Positions 47,986 through 61,388 of a stretch of DNA of 64,000 bases are shown in pieces (position 1 is the stretch's first letter; each line of letters opens with the position of its first letter). The translations under genes were made by a program, and so were the position numbers. The DNA is taken from positions 23,748,001 to 23,812,000 of the forward strand of contig CM059432.1 of NCBI GenBank assembly GCA_030390025.1. Direction: 5' to 3'. Below the pieces are notes generated by a model that had not been told where the DNA came from, did not search any database, and was given only the letters and a program-made list of their open reading frames with translations. The stretch comes from Squalus acanthias (taxonomy: Eukaryota).

Positions 47986-50122
47986 TGGCCCCGATTTTAA
48001 CTCCGAGTGGGTTTTGGGTGGGTGGTTGGGTAATGAGGTGAGTCCACTGCCCCAGAAAGGCTGCTGGAGGATGAAACCGCATTGGCATGAGTCGTGGGCA
48101 AGCCCTTAGATTCTCTGAAGCCTACCTGGAGGTCCTGCTGAAAGAGGTCAGGGCGAGGTGAGTCGTTTTCTTTCCAACCAGTTGGAGAAGGGTTCCTGAA
48201 AACCAAGTCCACCATGCATGAAGAGACATAGCAGAGATTGCTTTTCAGCTCCAGGAGCATCACCCCCAGGACTTGGATGCAGTACAGTTCAATGACTTCT
48301 CAAGAGTAGCAAGCGTAAGTACAGCTCTTCATTTCTCCATCTCTCTCAACAACACATGACAACAGTCCTTTTCTCCCTCCCCCAGAAGTCTCAACAATTC
48401 CCTCCCCTCTATTACATCCTTCATCACCCAGCACAAGGGTACACTATACCACCACTCGTTCTCATTATAAACACACACTCACCTCTTCCTTGCTCCCATC
48501 ACAGCAGCTAGTAACACTATTCTCTTCTCACTTGGTAGCCTTTGCAGAATCATCAACTTCTCTCGTGGCTCCATTGCCTCTTGCTTCTTCTCACTCTCAG
48601 CATCAGCACAACAGGCAAAATCTCCAGACATCTGCACTCTCCTTTGTAGGAGACACACTCACTGACTCTCGCCCTCTCTGCAGGACAGAATGGAGCACAA
48701 CACAAGGGAGAGGAGTAAGACTGGGGTGGGGTAGGACCACCCAACAGAATGAACCTCTCCGAGCTGAAGCAGCAAGCTCTGGAAATGAATGTGACTCCAT
48801 AGCTGTTGAGAGATGTGTTGTCAGCCAGGTGTGTAGGGGGTAACACTTGTCACCAAGCAGCTATCATCTGAAATTGCTGGACTGGTGCAAAAGTGGAGAA
48901 CATACGAACGTACATACGAGCATACGAATTAGGAGCAGGAGTAGGCCACTCGGCCCCTCGAGCCTGCTCCGCCATTCAATAAGATCATGGCTGATCTGAT
49001 TACTCCACATTCCCGCCTACCCCCGAATAGATGACTGTCTTGGAATGAAGATGTTGTTGTGCTACCAGTAAAACTAGCGCAGACTCGAATTATCCTTCTG
49101 CGGTGATCACACATTGACCATTGATGGAGTGGAAACCCTTCCTGTTTAAACTTTTGGCTCGTCTTCTGCCCTGATAGCTACATGAGTGCAGTCTATTACA
49201 CCCTGGACACAAGGGAACCCGGCCACTGCTGCATATCCCAGAGCTCTCCCACTCTGGCTGTTGGCTTCTATCGTGAAGGGAATGCACTGGTTTGCTCCGA
49301 CAGTGAAGTTTGGTGACCTGTTCGATGCAGCTGTGCAATGCAGACTGGAAGGAGACTGTGACAAATAAGTTAAAGGTGGTGGTGATTGTGACAGCAGCTA
49401 GCAAAGCACAGCCCTCTGGTCCAGCAGGCAACACGTCCTGCTACAACAGGTTGAATAGATCTGTGACAGCCATCCCCGGTGAAGCACAGCCCCTACCTGC
49501 ACTGTTCAAATATCCGAGAAAGTAACTCTTGGTCTGTAGACCCTATAGACTGGGTATGGCCTTCTACAAGTAGTCCTCCTACCACCTTCTGTCTTGTAAC
49601 AGGTCAATTTGCTACTTGTTCTGGTTCTTCAGCTTGCTACTGCTCCTCTTCCTCCAACTATTCATCCATCCAAAGGTGTGAGGCAAAAACAGTACTCATG
49701 ATCAGCAGTAAGTGCGTAATGAGGATAGGTTAACAGGCCCAAAAGCAGAAAGCACTGCCTTAGAAATGCACTACTCGCAATGGCACACAGATCCTAATGA
49801 CCCAAATTCCTGCGGGTGAGTGCTCCTTTAAATTCAGGTAGTAGTCATGGTAGTCAGTATGCAAAGCCAATTCCGCTAACCTCTGATCGGCTCAGTTAAA
49901 ATTGCGTAGGTGTCCAAATGACATCATCGGACTCCTATTTCAATTTATTAATGAGGCACCTTCCCATTTCTGGTGGATGCGTTTGCAGTCCAAGTCAGCT
50001 CCGCAGTAATAGTGGCGGCCAGTGGATTTCCGGAAGGAACGGGGCGGTAAGTCGATTTTCCCGATTTTGACCGTTCACCCAGCCCTGTTCCTGCCAGACA
50101 CGTTGGTCTAAAATCGGGGCCA
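47986..50122. mobile_element. Second PIF/Harbinger element, strongly decayed
   Basis: TIRs TGGCCCCGATTTTA / TAAAATCGGGGCCA; + strand Myb-like PRTWMQ..FND and NTRERSKTG; - strand GFPCVQGVIDCTHVAI and [11 protein letters not shown]1 3' end nested at ~48897-49028. TSD not evident. Confidence 0.8.
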
Positions 50123-51929
50123 GCCTAGAGTTTTTTTCTTGGTGTACTATTCGGGGGCTTACTACTTTCTGAAAGCTTTTCGGAAAAAAATTCTCTTGCC
50201 TGTTAACTCCCAATATTAATGTTATTAGTTCCAGAAGTGAATTATGCGATTTGTCCCCCATATAGGGGGCCAATGGTGTGTCTAAACTGATGTACAGGTA
50301 GAGCAGTTAAGTGAGTTAAAGTGACAATTAAACCTCTGCAGTTGCACATGCAAGGCTACTGGTCGGCGTGTTGAACATCCCAGAAAATGCAATTGGGAAG
50401 TGCGGCAGCTAAATGCACAGTACTGTTCAAAGATTTCCACAGTTTCTAAGGGAGACAAAGTGCTAGTTGAAGACCCTTTGATCTTCAGATTAGCCAGGAT
50501 GCTGAACCTTTATCCTGGGACTGCTCATATTAAACACGGTCACGGCATTAATTAGTTATATGAAGCCTGATTGGGGTGTAAGCTGCATCTTGTCAAATTA
50601 TTCTGTGCACCATTGTGTCTTTGAACTGACTTGATTAATATATTCAGAAGAAATGTTGATTTAGGGAATATACATCATTCAACCTCTCCAGCAATATTTA
50701 ATTCTGTTTTAATTGCATCTGACATGGACAGCAAGTTTCAATGTGGTAGGGAAGAATATCGCTACCTTCGTCTGAAGGATGCATCCGCAAGTCTATTTCC
50801 TCCAAGAATCTTGCAGATTGTTGGACTGAAGAAAATACTTACATTCTTGTGAACTATAGCAAATGTTCTTACAAGTATTTGTAATATAAATATCTTGCTG
50901 TTTATACTAATATGTAATTATCTTATTTGTATTAAATCTGACCATTCGTTGTAGCCTGAATACAACGGCCTCACAGTTAGGTAGTTAGTGCCTTTTGAGG
51001 TGGAACTGAAAATACAGTGGACACCCCATGTAATCTCAGGTGCAAAGTACTCTGGTATATCTTGCCACATGCTATCTCAATCACACCATGCATATGGTTG
51101 TGACATCTCAGTTTGTAGGACACTTGGGTTGTTTATGGAAGCTGTCTTTTTACTGTGAACACAAGATACAAATGTTGAGAGAGATCCTGAAATCACTCAG
51201 TTGTTTGTGAATATATCAAATGTAGTCTTGGGGTTCAATTTATCTCTAACTAGAATCTTGCTTATCTCAATAAGAAATCCCCAATCCCTTTTCTCCAGTA
51301 TCTGTGTTCCCAGTTTCAGTAGTCCCTCCACTTAGTTATGGTGCCTAATCTAATTAATAAACTCATAAATATTTTTTTGCTGATTAATGCATTTTGAACA
51401 CAAGAACTGGCTCTCAGCTGTTATTACAGGTAAAAACTCATTTTACCATATCATTAATCAGCAATAACACAGTTAGTTTTCCTCACCTCAGTTAACTGGG
51501 CTTTGAAGAGGTTTGCGTTACACACCAGTTTAATTGGGTTCCCACTGAGATGTTTTACAACATTGAGCCACGTCTGTTAGCCCTGGTAATTAGAGCTAGC
51601 TTGATTTTTTTAAAATATATATATATATATGTGTATATATATGAATTGCTGTTGATAAAAGTGATTTACTATGCGCTTGGATTTGCCTTTGAGTGAGGTG
51701 CAAGGTTGCTTGCCTATTTGTGAGCTTTTCAAGTAGTCATTTTCCACAGCTGCAGCACTTGGCAACTTTAAATGAATTGCCTCAATAATGAGATCAAGAA
51801 GAATACATTAAATACATATATACATACAGCTTGCTGTGGAGTTCCAGACTCCTGTTGTAGTTCCAGTCCTGATCTCAACACTAGTAAAACGCAACCCACG
51901 TATTTCCCATTTGCCCAGACACAATAATA

Positions 51930-54900
51930 AGAATAAAACCAGATGGACCACCCGGCATTGACCTCGGCACCGGCTTCGGACACGACAGCGGCACACCCAG
52001 CCCAGTCGACCCTGCAAAGTCTGAAGGGATAATTACTAATCCTAGCTCCTTTAGGGCTACTCCAGATCAGGCGTATTCCTCAGACGTTCACTTTCAACTA
52101 AAGTTTGAGGTAGCCGAATCCTAAAGACGCTTAATTGGGTCCAAAGGTCTGGACTATCTCTCCCTAAAGGAAAGGAACAACCTGAAAATGTTACCGTCCT
52201 CCAGATAGCACTTTTAATAAGTTTAGCTAGACTGTAACGTTCCGGATATTATGAGGGTTCGGAAAACTCCCCCAGAATTCTGCAACTCCTCACCAAAGAG
52301 TGGACAGAGATTGAGTTTGTGAGTTTTTGATACAGAAGTCTTATGTGAGACAATTCTAAAAATATATAGATTTATTAAAGAACCGACATGTAATTTACAG
52401 TTGGTGAGTCAATCGCAACATAAACAATTCCAAAAAGAGAAAGCTTACAATCTTATTATCAGAGAACCTTACTCTCAAATCTTAACTTCGCTACAGTTTT
52501 ACAGTTCTTAAAGTTCTATTCAGGATATCAACCAAAATCAAATACCTTTGATCCCCGAGGTACAAAGAGTGGAGACTTACAGAGCCGCCTCTGAAGCCGA
52601 GAATCGCTTTGCCCCTTTAAAGCGAGTCTACTATCCCATTTGAGAGTTCAATATTTATACCCTTTTCCAGTGGTATTACCTTTAAGGTTTTCTTCTGATG
52701 TAAGCTAATTATCTCTAGTCATTTTTCTGCTGACCCCTGCAATTCTTAGTGACCTCAGCTGATAGCATTACAGAATTATGTCTCTTCTCTAGGTGTTCTA
52801 AGTTTACCATAAAAAACGGTGTTATGGCAGGTGTGTGTTTTACTTGATGTCATTTTTACAAAGGCAGATGTTTCTTACTTTTTTGTGCTTCTTTACGAAG
52901 TGTAAATTAGAACACCTTATCCAGGGTGAACCATTGTTTCATTCCGAAAGGTTCAGCCTGTCAGAGCCTTTAACCTTCTGTTTCAATAAGGTTATTGATT
53001 CAATGTCAACAACTATCTTATCTCTATAGCCAGAATGCTTTCACAGCTTTTTCATAGTTAGGTTTCTAGATTTCCAAACCCAGTTTGTCATGTTTTAATA
53101 AGGGCAGAATTCTTTCAAAAGATAGTGTATTTTTCTGAATAGGTTATATGGCTTATTCCTTCACAAGTCCTCCTCACTAACATCTGGGGACTTGTGCCAA
53201 AATTGGGAGAGCTGTCACACAAACTAGTCAAGCAACAAACTGACATAGTCTTACTCACAGAATCATACGTATCAGCCAATGTCCCTGATTCCACCATCAC
53301 CATCCCTGGGTATGTCCTGTCCCACCAGCAGGACAGACCCACCAGAGGTGGCGGCACAGTGGTATATAGTCGGGAGTGAGTGGCCCTGGGAGTCCTCAAC
53401 ATTGAATCCGGACCCCATGAAGTTTCATGGCTTCAGGTCAAGCACGGGCAAGGAAACCTCCTGCTGATTACCACCTACCGCCCTCCCTCAGCTGATGAAT
53501 CAGTACTCCTTCACGTTGAACACCGCTTGGAAGAAGCACTGAGGGTAGCAAGAGCACAGAATGTACTCTGGCTGGGAGACTTCAATGTCCATCACCAAAA
53601 GTGGCTCGGTAGCACCACTACTGACTGAGATGACCGAGTCCTGAAGGACATAACTGCCAGACTGGGACTGCGGCAGGTGGTGAGAGAACCAACACGAGGG
53701 AAAAACCTACTTGACCTCGTCCTCACCAATCTACCTGTCGCAGATGCATATGTCCATGACAGCATTGGTAGCAGTGACCACTGCACAGTCCTTGTGGAGA
53801 CGAAATCTTCTCTTCACACTGAGGACACTCTCCATCATATGTGTGGCACTACCACCGTGCTAAATGGGATAGATTCAGAACAGATCCATCAGCACAAAAC
53901 TGGGCATCCATGAGGTGCTGTGGGCCATCAGCAGCAGCAGAATTGTATTCCACCACAATCTGTAAACTCATGGCCTGGCATATCCCTCATTCTACCATTA
54001 CCATCAAGCCAGGGGACCAACTCTGGTTCAATGAGGAGTGCAGAAGAACATGCCAGGAGCAGCACCAGGCATACCTAAAAATGGGGCGCCAACCTGGGGA
54101 AGCTGCAACACAGGACTACATGCATGCTAAACAGCGGAAGCAGCATGCTATAGACAGAGCTAAGAGATCCCACAATCAACGAATCAGATCAAAGCTCTGC
54201 AGTCCTGCCACATCCAGTTGTGAATGGTGGTGGACAATTAAACAACTAACGGGAGGAGGAGGTTCCATGAATATCCCCATCCTCAACGATGCTGGATCCC
54301 AGCACGCGAGTGCAAAAGACAAGGCTGAAGCCAGAAGTGCCGAGTGGATGATCCATATCGGCCTCTTCCTGAGGTCCCCACCATTACAGAAGCCAGTCTT
54401 CAGCCAATTCGATTCACTCCATGTGATGTCAAGAAACGGGCTGAGCGCACTGGATACAGCAAAGGCTATGGGCCCTGACAACATCCCGGCTGTTATGCTG
54501 AAAACTTGTGCTCCAGAACTAGCCGCCCCTCTAGCCAAGCTTTTCCAGTACAACTACAACACTGGCATCTACCCGACAATGTGGAAAATTGCCCAGGTAA
54601 GTCCTGTCCACAAAAAGCAGGACAAATCCAATCTGGCCAATTACTGCCCCATCAGTCTACTCTCAATCATCACTCTACAAGATGCACTGCAGCAACTCAC
54701 CAAGGGCTTCTTCGGCAGCACCTCCCAAACCCGCGACCTCTACCGCCTAGAAGGACAAGGGCAGCAGGCGCATGGGAACACTATTACTTGCAATTTGCCC
54801 TCCAAGTTACACACCTTCCTGACTTGGAAATATATCGCCGTTCCTTCATCGTCGCTGGGTCAAAAACCTGGAACTCCCTCCCTAACAGCACTGTGGGAGC

Positions 54901-55010
54901 ACCTTCACCACACGGACTGCAGCGGTTCAAGAAGGCAGCTCACCACCATTAGGGATGGGCAATAAATGCTGGCCTTGCCAGCGACGCCCACGTCCCAGGA
55001 ACGAATTAAA
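51930..55010 (+). mobile_element. LINE family B with endonuclease, most of RT deleted
   Basis: KVLLTNIWGL, DIVLLTESY, TYRPPS, GDFN, SDH, KAMGPDNIP, CPISLLSII, then a jump (~54670) to the C-terminus and 3' hairpin. Confidence 0.88.
52022..53163 (-). mobile_element. Solo LTR (1142 bp) inserted at the start of the LINE endonuclease
   Basis: TGAAGGGATAA / TTATTCCTTCA termini; flanks AAAGTC / CAAGTC; minus-strand TATAAA (~52655) upstream of AATAAA (~52371). Confidence 0.75.
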
Positions 55011-55618
55011 GACCTGTATTTTTTTAATTGAGAAACCTAGGTGTAAGGCTCAGGCCCATAATTCGGGACACCACTAAGGCTGAAAGGAATAGAAGAAAAT
55101 TAATGATTAGACGATGGCAAGATTGGTCTTTAAATCCTGTAGCCATTGAGAGATGGGGAAAAACTGAGAGAGGTGAGGAGTTCCACAGGTCCTGAGAAAG
55201 AATGAGTTACAGTAGGCGATAGCATGCTAAGTTTTGATTTCAATGCAGTGAGGATGCAGGGAGAAGGCAATATGTGTAGGACACCGTATTCGGAGTATAG
55301 GAGGAACAAAAGAGGAAATTCAGAGGAGCACTGACCATACTAAAAAAAAGCGGAGCAAAGATGTAACAGGGAGAGTTGTTGCAGCCTAGAGGTGACATTA
55401 TCGGACATCAAGCTTTTAATGTGAGGTGTTGTGATTCTGTTTCCTTAGTGTCTGGAAAAGTGTCAGAATTGTTTGATTGTTCCCATACTTCATGCGCTTT
55501 GAGTCAGGGAAAAATATAGGAAAGCGGTTATGGTAATTTTTTTTTAAATGCATGATTATAGGAAGTTTTACCATGAATCCCAGTATTCCCAGATCAGTCT
55601 CTTTATTCTTTCTGTTAG

Positions 55619-55772
55619 GGGAGCACTAACGTCACCTCTGAGGGTTGCCTGCAGCACGCGTACCGATGGCACGAAAGCCTGTGCCGAATTTTACTCTCTG
55701 CCTACAAAGGACTTCTCGGCTACTTCAGTGCAATCATGAAACAGATCCCAGAAGTGCATCAGATTCAGCTGG
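55619..55772 (+). CDS. FAM135B: FAM135B internal coding exon (154 bp)
   Basis: Pyrimidine tract + AG acceptor (ttctttctgttag), GTAAG donor. Translates GSTNVTSEGCLQHAYRWHESLCRILLSAYKGLLGYFSAIMKQIPEVHQIQL, matching recalled FAM135B [32 protein letters not shown]. Ends in phase 1, compatible with the next exon. Confidence 0.9.
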
Positions 55773-56639
55773 GTAAGAGATGCAGTTGTTCCCAGTTTTG
55801 TGTAATGTTATCCCAATACCCTTGCACTTTTCAACTTGCTCTGTCTCTCTCCTCGCTTTCCCTTGCTCCAGAAACACAAAATGAGGAGTTAGCATTGCAT
55901 CGACCCTCAGTAAATCATCAACATATTAAGCAATGTACTCACCCACCTATTTTTAAAAATGTGAACAAAGGCAATAGTTTTACTCCTAATTGCCTGTGAT
56001 GGAGAGTAGATATGCGATACAATACAGGAATGGCAGATTATGGTAAATAGACCATGTCTTAAAGATGAGAGGGTTCCCATAGTAGTTGGTATAGATTGTC
56101 TGTTGTCGGAATGGGAATGCCCTCCACCTCTGAGAACTGGCACCAGAGACAACCAACAGAACACAGAGGTGGCGTGGGTGTTTTCAGAGGCCATGTGAGA
56201 TGTATTATAATTGAAGTGTTATTATATGATCCCCATGTTAGAGTACCATAAGCAATGCATTCTCTTTTCAGATATACACGACAAGGAGCTATGGGGTATA
56301 ATTTGGTATAATTTAAATCCGATGAGTGTGCTAACCTAATAACTTGCAAGTGACATAATTGCAATTGGGTTACGGTTAGAACTAGATGTAAATTACATCC
56401 CACGGCTCTTCATTACATTGTCTGTTCACACAAGCAAGTTTAGTCATTAGAATGGTGCGAGTTAGAATGGATGTATGTTGATTTTAAATGTGAACTATTT
56501 TGAGTGGCATCACTGTGAACAATTTTTTTCCGAACCCCCTATCACTGCAAAATTGATCCTATGATGTCATCTTCATGACAAGTGTTCTTAAAGATGACAC
56601 CATAACCCCAAAAAAAACTACAAATATTGGGAAACTAAA

Positions 56640-56790
56640 ATAAAGACAGAAAGTGCAGAAATACGCAGCAAGTCTGTCACTATCTGTAAAGAAAAAAATA
56701 GACAGGTTAACATGTGTGTGTACCCCTCATCTGACATCTGAATGCTTCTGACAAAGGTCCCACACCGAAACCATTAACCTGACTTTCCTT
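56640..56790. mobile_element. Decayed Penelope-like terminus, second family
   Basis: CAGGTTAA / TTAACCTG inverted arms and degenerate hammerhead CTGACAAAGGT..ACCGAAAC. Confidence 0.45.
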
Positions 56791-56990
56791 GTTTGAAGCT
56801 GAGGAAGATACAGGGCTATGAGCAGAGAGCAGGACAGAAACGTGATGGACCGAATGGCCTCCTTCCCTGCTGTTTATGATTCTGATTCTATTTCCAGCTT
56901 TTTCTGTTTTTACACTGTCACACGCTGTATTATAGTCGATTTGTTCTTGAGGGGTGGAATTCTTAAAGACTATATTTTTATCTCTGCCAG

Positions 56991-57040
56991 AGGACTGCTT
57001 CATTGAAGAAACACTGTCCCAGCTCCGCATTAACCTACAG
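56991..57040 (+). CDS. FAM135B: FAM135B internal coding exon (50 bp)
   Basis: tctctgccAG acceptor, GTGAGG donor. Completes the split codon and reads (E)DCFIEETLSQLRINLQ, similar to recalled EALAVEETLSQLCSELQ. Confidence 0.9.
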
Positions 57041-57540
57041 GTGAGGAGTTTTATTACTGACTTCACAGAAACGGTTTTGTTCTTGAGAGGAACATTGAGG
57101 GGGTAAAATTGACCTTTGCCGATGGCGTAAAAAGGGCAGTGGCAGATCAGCCGCCCGTTACAAACCCTTTCCTTTCCGTTGGCAGGCGGCCGATCTTCTA
57201 CCGCTCATTTAGCGTTTCTGCCGAAGTTAAATTTCAGCCTCCACCATGACTTAAATTTAACGGGTCAGGAGTGAAGGTGTAAGCTGGGAACTAATAAAAT
57301 GATTCGCTGAAAGGTAGAAAGCAGCAAGTACTTTCTATTTCAGGTTACAAAATGGTAACAGAAATACCACTTGGGATAACATTTTAAAAGCTGTTTCGTA
57401 TCATTTCCAGTCACTATAGATTTTCTTCAAATGAAGTGAAGCTGCCCAAACTCTCGGCGTGACATTTTAATACAAGAAAGAAAAAGAAAGACTTACATTT
57501 ATATAGCGCCTTTCATGACCACCGGACGTCTCAAAGCGCT

Positions 57541-58350
57541 GTTCCCCACAGAGATGGGGGGAGATGCTGCAATTGTAAGAGATGTGAGTGGAAGGAAGTA
57601 TGAGTGATGTGCCTCAGGGACTGGTGTTGGTGCAAGTACTGTTTCTAATTTACATTAGCAATTTGGACTGAGATACTCAATGCAAACTGGTCAAATTTAC
57701 AAGCCATGCTAAATGAGGAGAAGTAGTTGAGTCTAAGGAGGAAGCTCAGGAACTGCAAAATGAGTTGGACAAAAAATCCGAATGGTTGGAACATTAGCAA
57801 ATGAAGTTTAACATGAGTAAGTGTAAAGTTGAAAGAATAAATGGCCGATTATAAATACTTAGTGATCAGTGTTAAATTAGCGAAGGGTTAAGTTGAAAGA
57901 GATCTAGGTGTTTTAGTAGACTTGACGCTCGACATGTCCAGCAATCTGCAAAGCTATTAGAATGCTGAATTTGAAAAACAGTCCAGTACAAAAGAAAGAA
58001 AGACTTGCATTTATATAGCGCCTTTCACGACCACCGGACGCCCCAAAGTGCTTTACAGCCAATGAAGTACATTTTGAAGTGTAGTCACTGTTGTAATGTA
58101 GGAAATGCAGCAGCTAATTTGCACACAGCAAGCTCCCACAAACAGTAATGTGATAATGACCAGATAATCTGTTGATTGAGGGATAAATATTGGCCAGGTC
58201 ACCGGGGATAACTCCCCTGCTGTTATAGAATCATAGAATGGTTACAGCACAGAAGAAGGCCATTTGGCCCATCAAGCCCGTGCTGGCTCTCTGCAAGAGT
58301 TCTTCAGCTAGTCCCACTCCCCCGCCCTTTCCCTGTAGCCCTGCAAATTT
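57541..58350. mobile_element. Cluster: old CR1 RT fragment (+), DeuSINE tail (57993-58222, -), CR1 3' end (58225-58350, -)
   Basis: Degenerate VPQGLVL and MKFN motifs; similarity to 29960-30180 and 59395-59510. Confidence 0.65.
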
Positions 58351-59392
58351 TTTTCTTCCCCCATCTACCCACCCTCTTCTTCCCCCTCCCATCTGTCTCC
58401 ACCCCCTCCCTTTCCACCTCCCCTACCTGGGTCTAATTTCCCCCATCTACTAACCCTGAATCCTGTACCTGGGCATAGCTAAAACTAGTTCTTATCAGCA
58501 CAAAGGGTGATCAGCACATGCATAAACTTCCAGTTAATGAAGTGGAGGCAAATGTCATGGAATAATATAAATAAACTGTTGGCTAATTGTTGACACTGTA
58601 GGAGCCTTGTCACCTTGTACTTTATATTCCTTTTTTGAAAGATCCTGTTTTGTGACTCTCTCCAAAGATATTTTTACCTCATAGATTTTAAAACAGCAGT
58701 CTGTGGACCTTAAGGGTTCCCAGAGGATTTACGAGATCATCCAATTTCTGTCCCATTGGCTAGGCACAATGTGCGCCATGAGCTTGGTGCCTCGGGAATT
58801 CTATATTCTCTATTTTTTCTATCTTTGTTTGTTTTAGTAGCAGATTTTTTGTTGATATATGCTGATCATAAGTATTATTTTCAATGTTGTTTTCCTTTGG
58901 GTAGCTGACATTGTCTTTCAGAAGTTAACACACGAGGTCCCAGAAGAGTGATGGAGTTCTCGCACAGAAACAATTATAAAGCACTGTTTCACAATGTGAT
59001 AGTGTGCTGTTGACTGCCTGTGACTGTTCCTACTGACACTGATGACCAAAGGAGACCAGCTTCTTGCCTCACTGCGCCCAGGATCCAACTATTCCTCGAT
59101 CCCAAAAATTGAGGATGGATGGGCTGAAAATAGCAACTCCTTGCCATAGTCCCAATATTGGAATCAAAGAAGGTTACAATATAAAAACAGACAAAAAAAA
59201 TTGCAGAGGAATAAAATTTCAGAGATCATTTCGAATGGTTTGTCAGAAGCTGTTGACCATTTTAAGCAGTCTCTCTATAAAAGTGCAGCGATTGAATGTC
59301 ACAGAGTGTGACACCTACAGGAGTAAAAGGTACTGCAGGTACCAGTGAGTTAAAGTCTTGCATCTAGTTTACACAGTTACACTTCATGTTAA

Positions 59393-61010
59393 AATCGTAG
59401 AATAGTTGCAGCACGGAGGAAGGCCATTTGGCCCGTTGGGCCCGTGCCGGCTCTCTGCAAGACCACTTCAGCTAGTCCTACTCCCCTGCCCTTTCCCCGT
59501 AGCCCTGCAAATTTCTTTCCTTCTTATCCAACTCCCTTTGAAAGCCATGATTGAATCTGCCTCCACCACCCTTTCAGGCTGCGTAAAGAAGTTTTTTCTT
59601 ACGTCGCCTTTGGTTCTTTTGCCAATCACTTTAAATTTGTGTCCTCTGGCTCTTGGCCCTTCTGCCAATGGGAACAGTTTCCCTCTATCTACTCTGTCCA
59701 GACCCCTCATGATTTTGAACACATCTATCAAATCTCTCCTCAATCTTCTCTGCTACAAGGAGAACAACCCCAGCTTCTCCAGTCTATCAACGTAACTGAA
59801 GTCCCTCATTCCTGGAATCATTCTCGTAAATCTTTTCTGCACCCTCTCTAAGGCCTTCACATCCTTCCTAAAGTGTGGTGCCCAGAATTGGACACAGTAC
59901 TCCAGTTGGGGCCGAGCCAGTGTTTTATACAGGTTCATCATAATTTCCACACTTTTGTACTCTATACCTCTATTCATGAAGCCCAGGATCCCGTAAGCCT
60001 TTTTAACTGCTTTCTCAACCTGCCCTGCCACCTTCAACGATTTGTGCACATATATCCCCAGATCTCTCTGTTTGGGCACCCCCTTTAGGATTGTACCATT
60101 TAGTTTATATGTCCTTTCTCCTCATTCTTTCTACCAAAATGTATCACTTCATACTTTTCTGTGTTAAATTTCATCTGCCACGTGTTTGCCCATTTCACCA
60201 GCCTGTCTATGTCTTCCTGAAGTCTGTTACTATCCTCCTCACTGTTCACTATACTTCCAAGTTTTGTGTCATCTGCAAATTTTGATATTGTGCCCTGTAC
60301 ACCCACATCCAAGTCATTAATATATATCAAGAAAAACAGTGGTCCTAGAACCGACCCCTGGGGAACACCACTGTATACCTTCCTCCAGTCCGAAAAACAA
60401 CCGTTCACCACTACTCTCTGTTTCCTGTCACTTCGTCAATTCCATATCCATGCTGCCACTGTCCCTTTTATTCCATGGGCTTCAACTTTGCTGGCAAGCC
60501 TATTGTGTGGCACTTTGTCGAACGCCTTTTGGAATCCATGTACACTATGTCAACTGCATTACCCTCATCAACCCTCTCTGTTACCTCATCAAAGAACTCA
60601 ATCAAGTTAATTAAACACAACTTGCCTTTAAGAAATCCGTGCTAGCTTTCCTTAATTAATCCACTCTTGTCCAAGTGACTGTTAATTTTGTCCCTGATTA
60701 CTGTTTCTAAAAGCTTCCCCACTACCGAGGTCAAACCGACTGGCCTGCAGTTGCTGGGTGTACACCTTTTTTGAACAATGGTGTAACACTTGCAATTCTC
60801 CTCTGGCACCACCCCCGTATCTAAGGGGGATTGGAATATTATGACCAGTACCTCCGCGATTTCCTCCCTCAATTCTCTCAGCATCCTCGGATGCATCCCA
60901 TCCGCTCCTGGTGACTTATCTACTTTAAGTACAGCCAGCCTTTCTTATACCTCCTCTTTTTCAATTTTTATCCTATCAAGTATCTCCACTGCCTCCTCCA
61001 TTACTATGTC
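59393..61010 (-). mobile_element. CR1 LINE, 5'-truncated, degenerate
   Basis: HPRMLREL, GVPQGSVLGP, FADDTK, RPQLEYCVQFW. Confidence 0.9.
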
Positions 61011-61388
61011 CATGGCAGGACACTTTTGCTATCACGTTTTTGTCATCACACGTTGTTAATTAGTTCAAAGTAAAAGTGGCAAATCAGAACTGAAGATGTA
61101 GGGAATGTATGAATCAAAAGCAACTAAAACAGTCAATGAGAAACTGCTAAACATTTAGAAAAACAACCAATCCTGAATGACCAGTCAGGACAACCTACCA
61201 ATAACCAGAAAATCAAAAAAGTGAAGCAATTGATTCACTCAAAATGCTTTTTGAAAAATTTTCATCCACGACTTTTTGTCCTCGCTAACTAAAATTTCTA
61301 TTGTCCAAAGTAAGGTTTTAAACAAAACAAAATATATTTTACAATAACAGATTCTCTTAATAAAATCTTTCCCTCTAAGAAAGACAGT

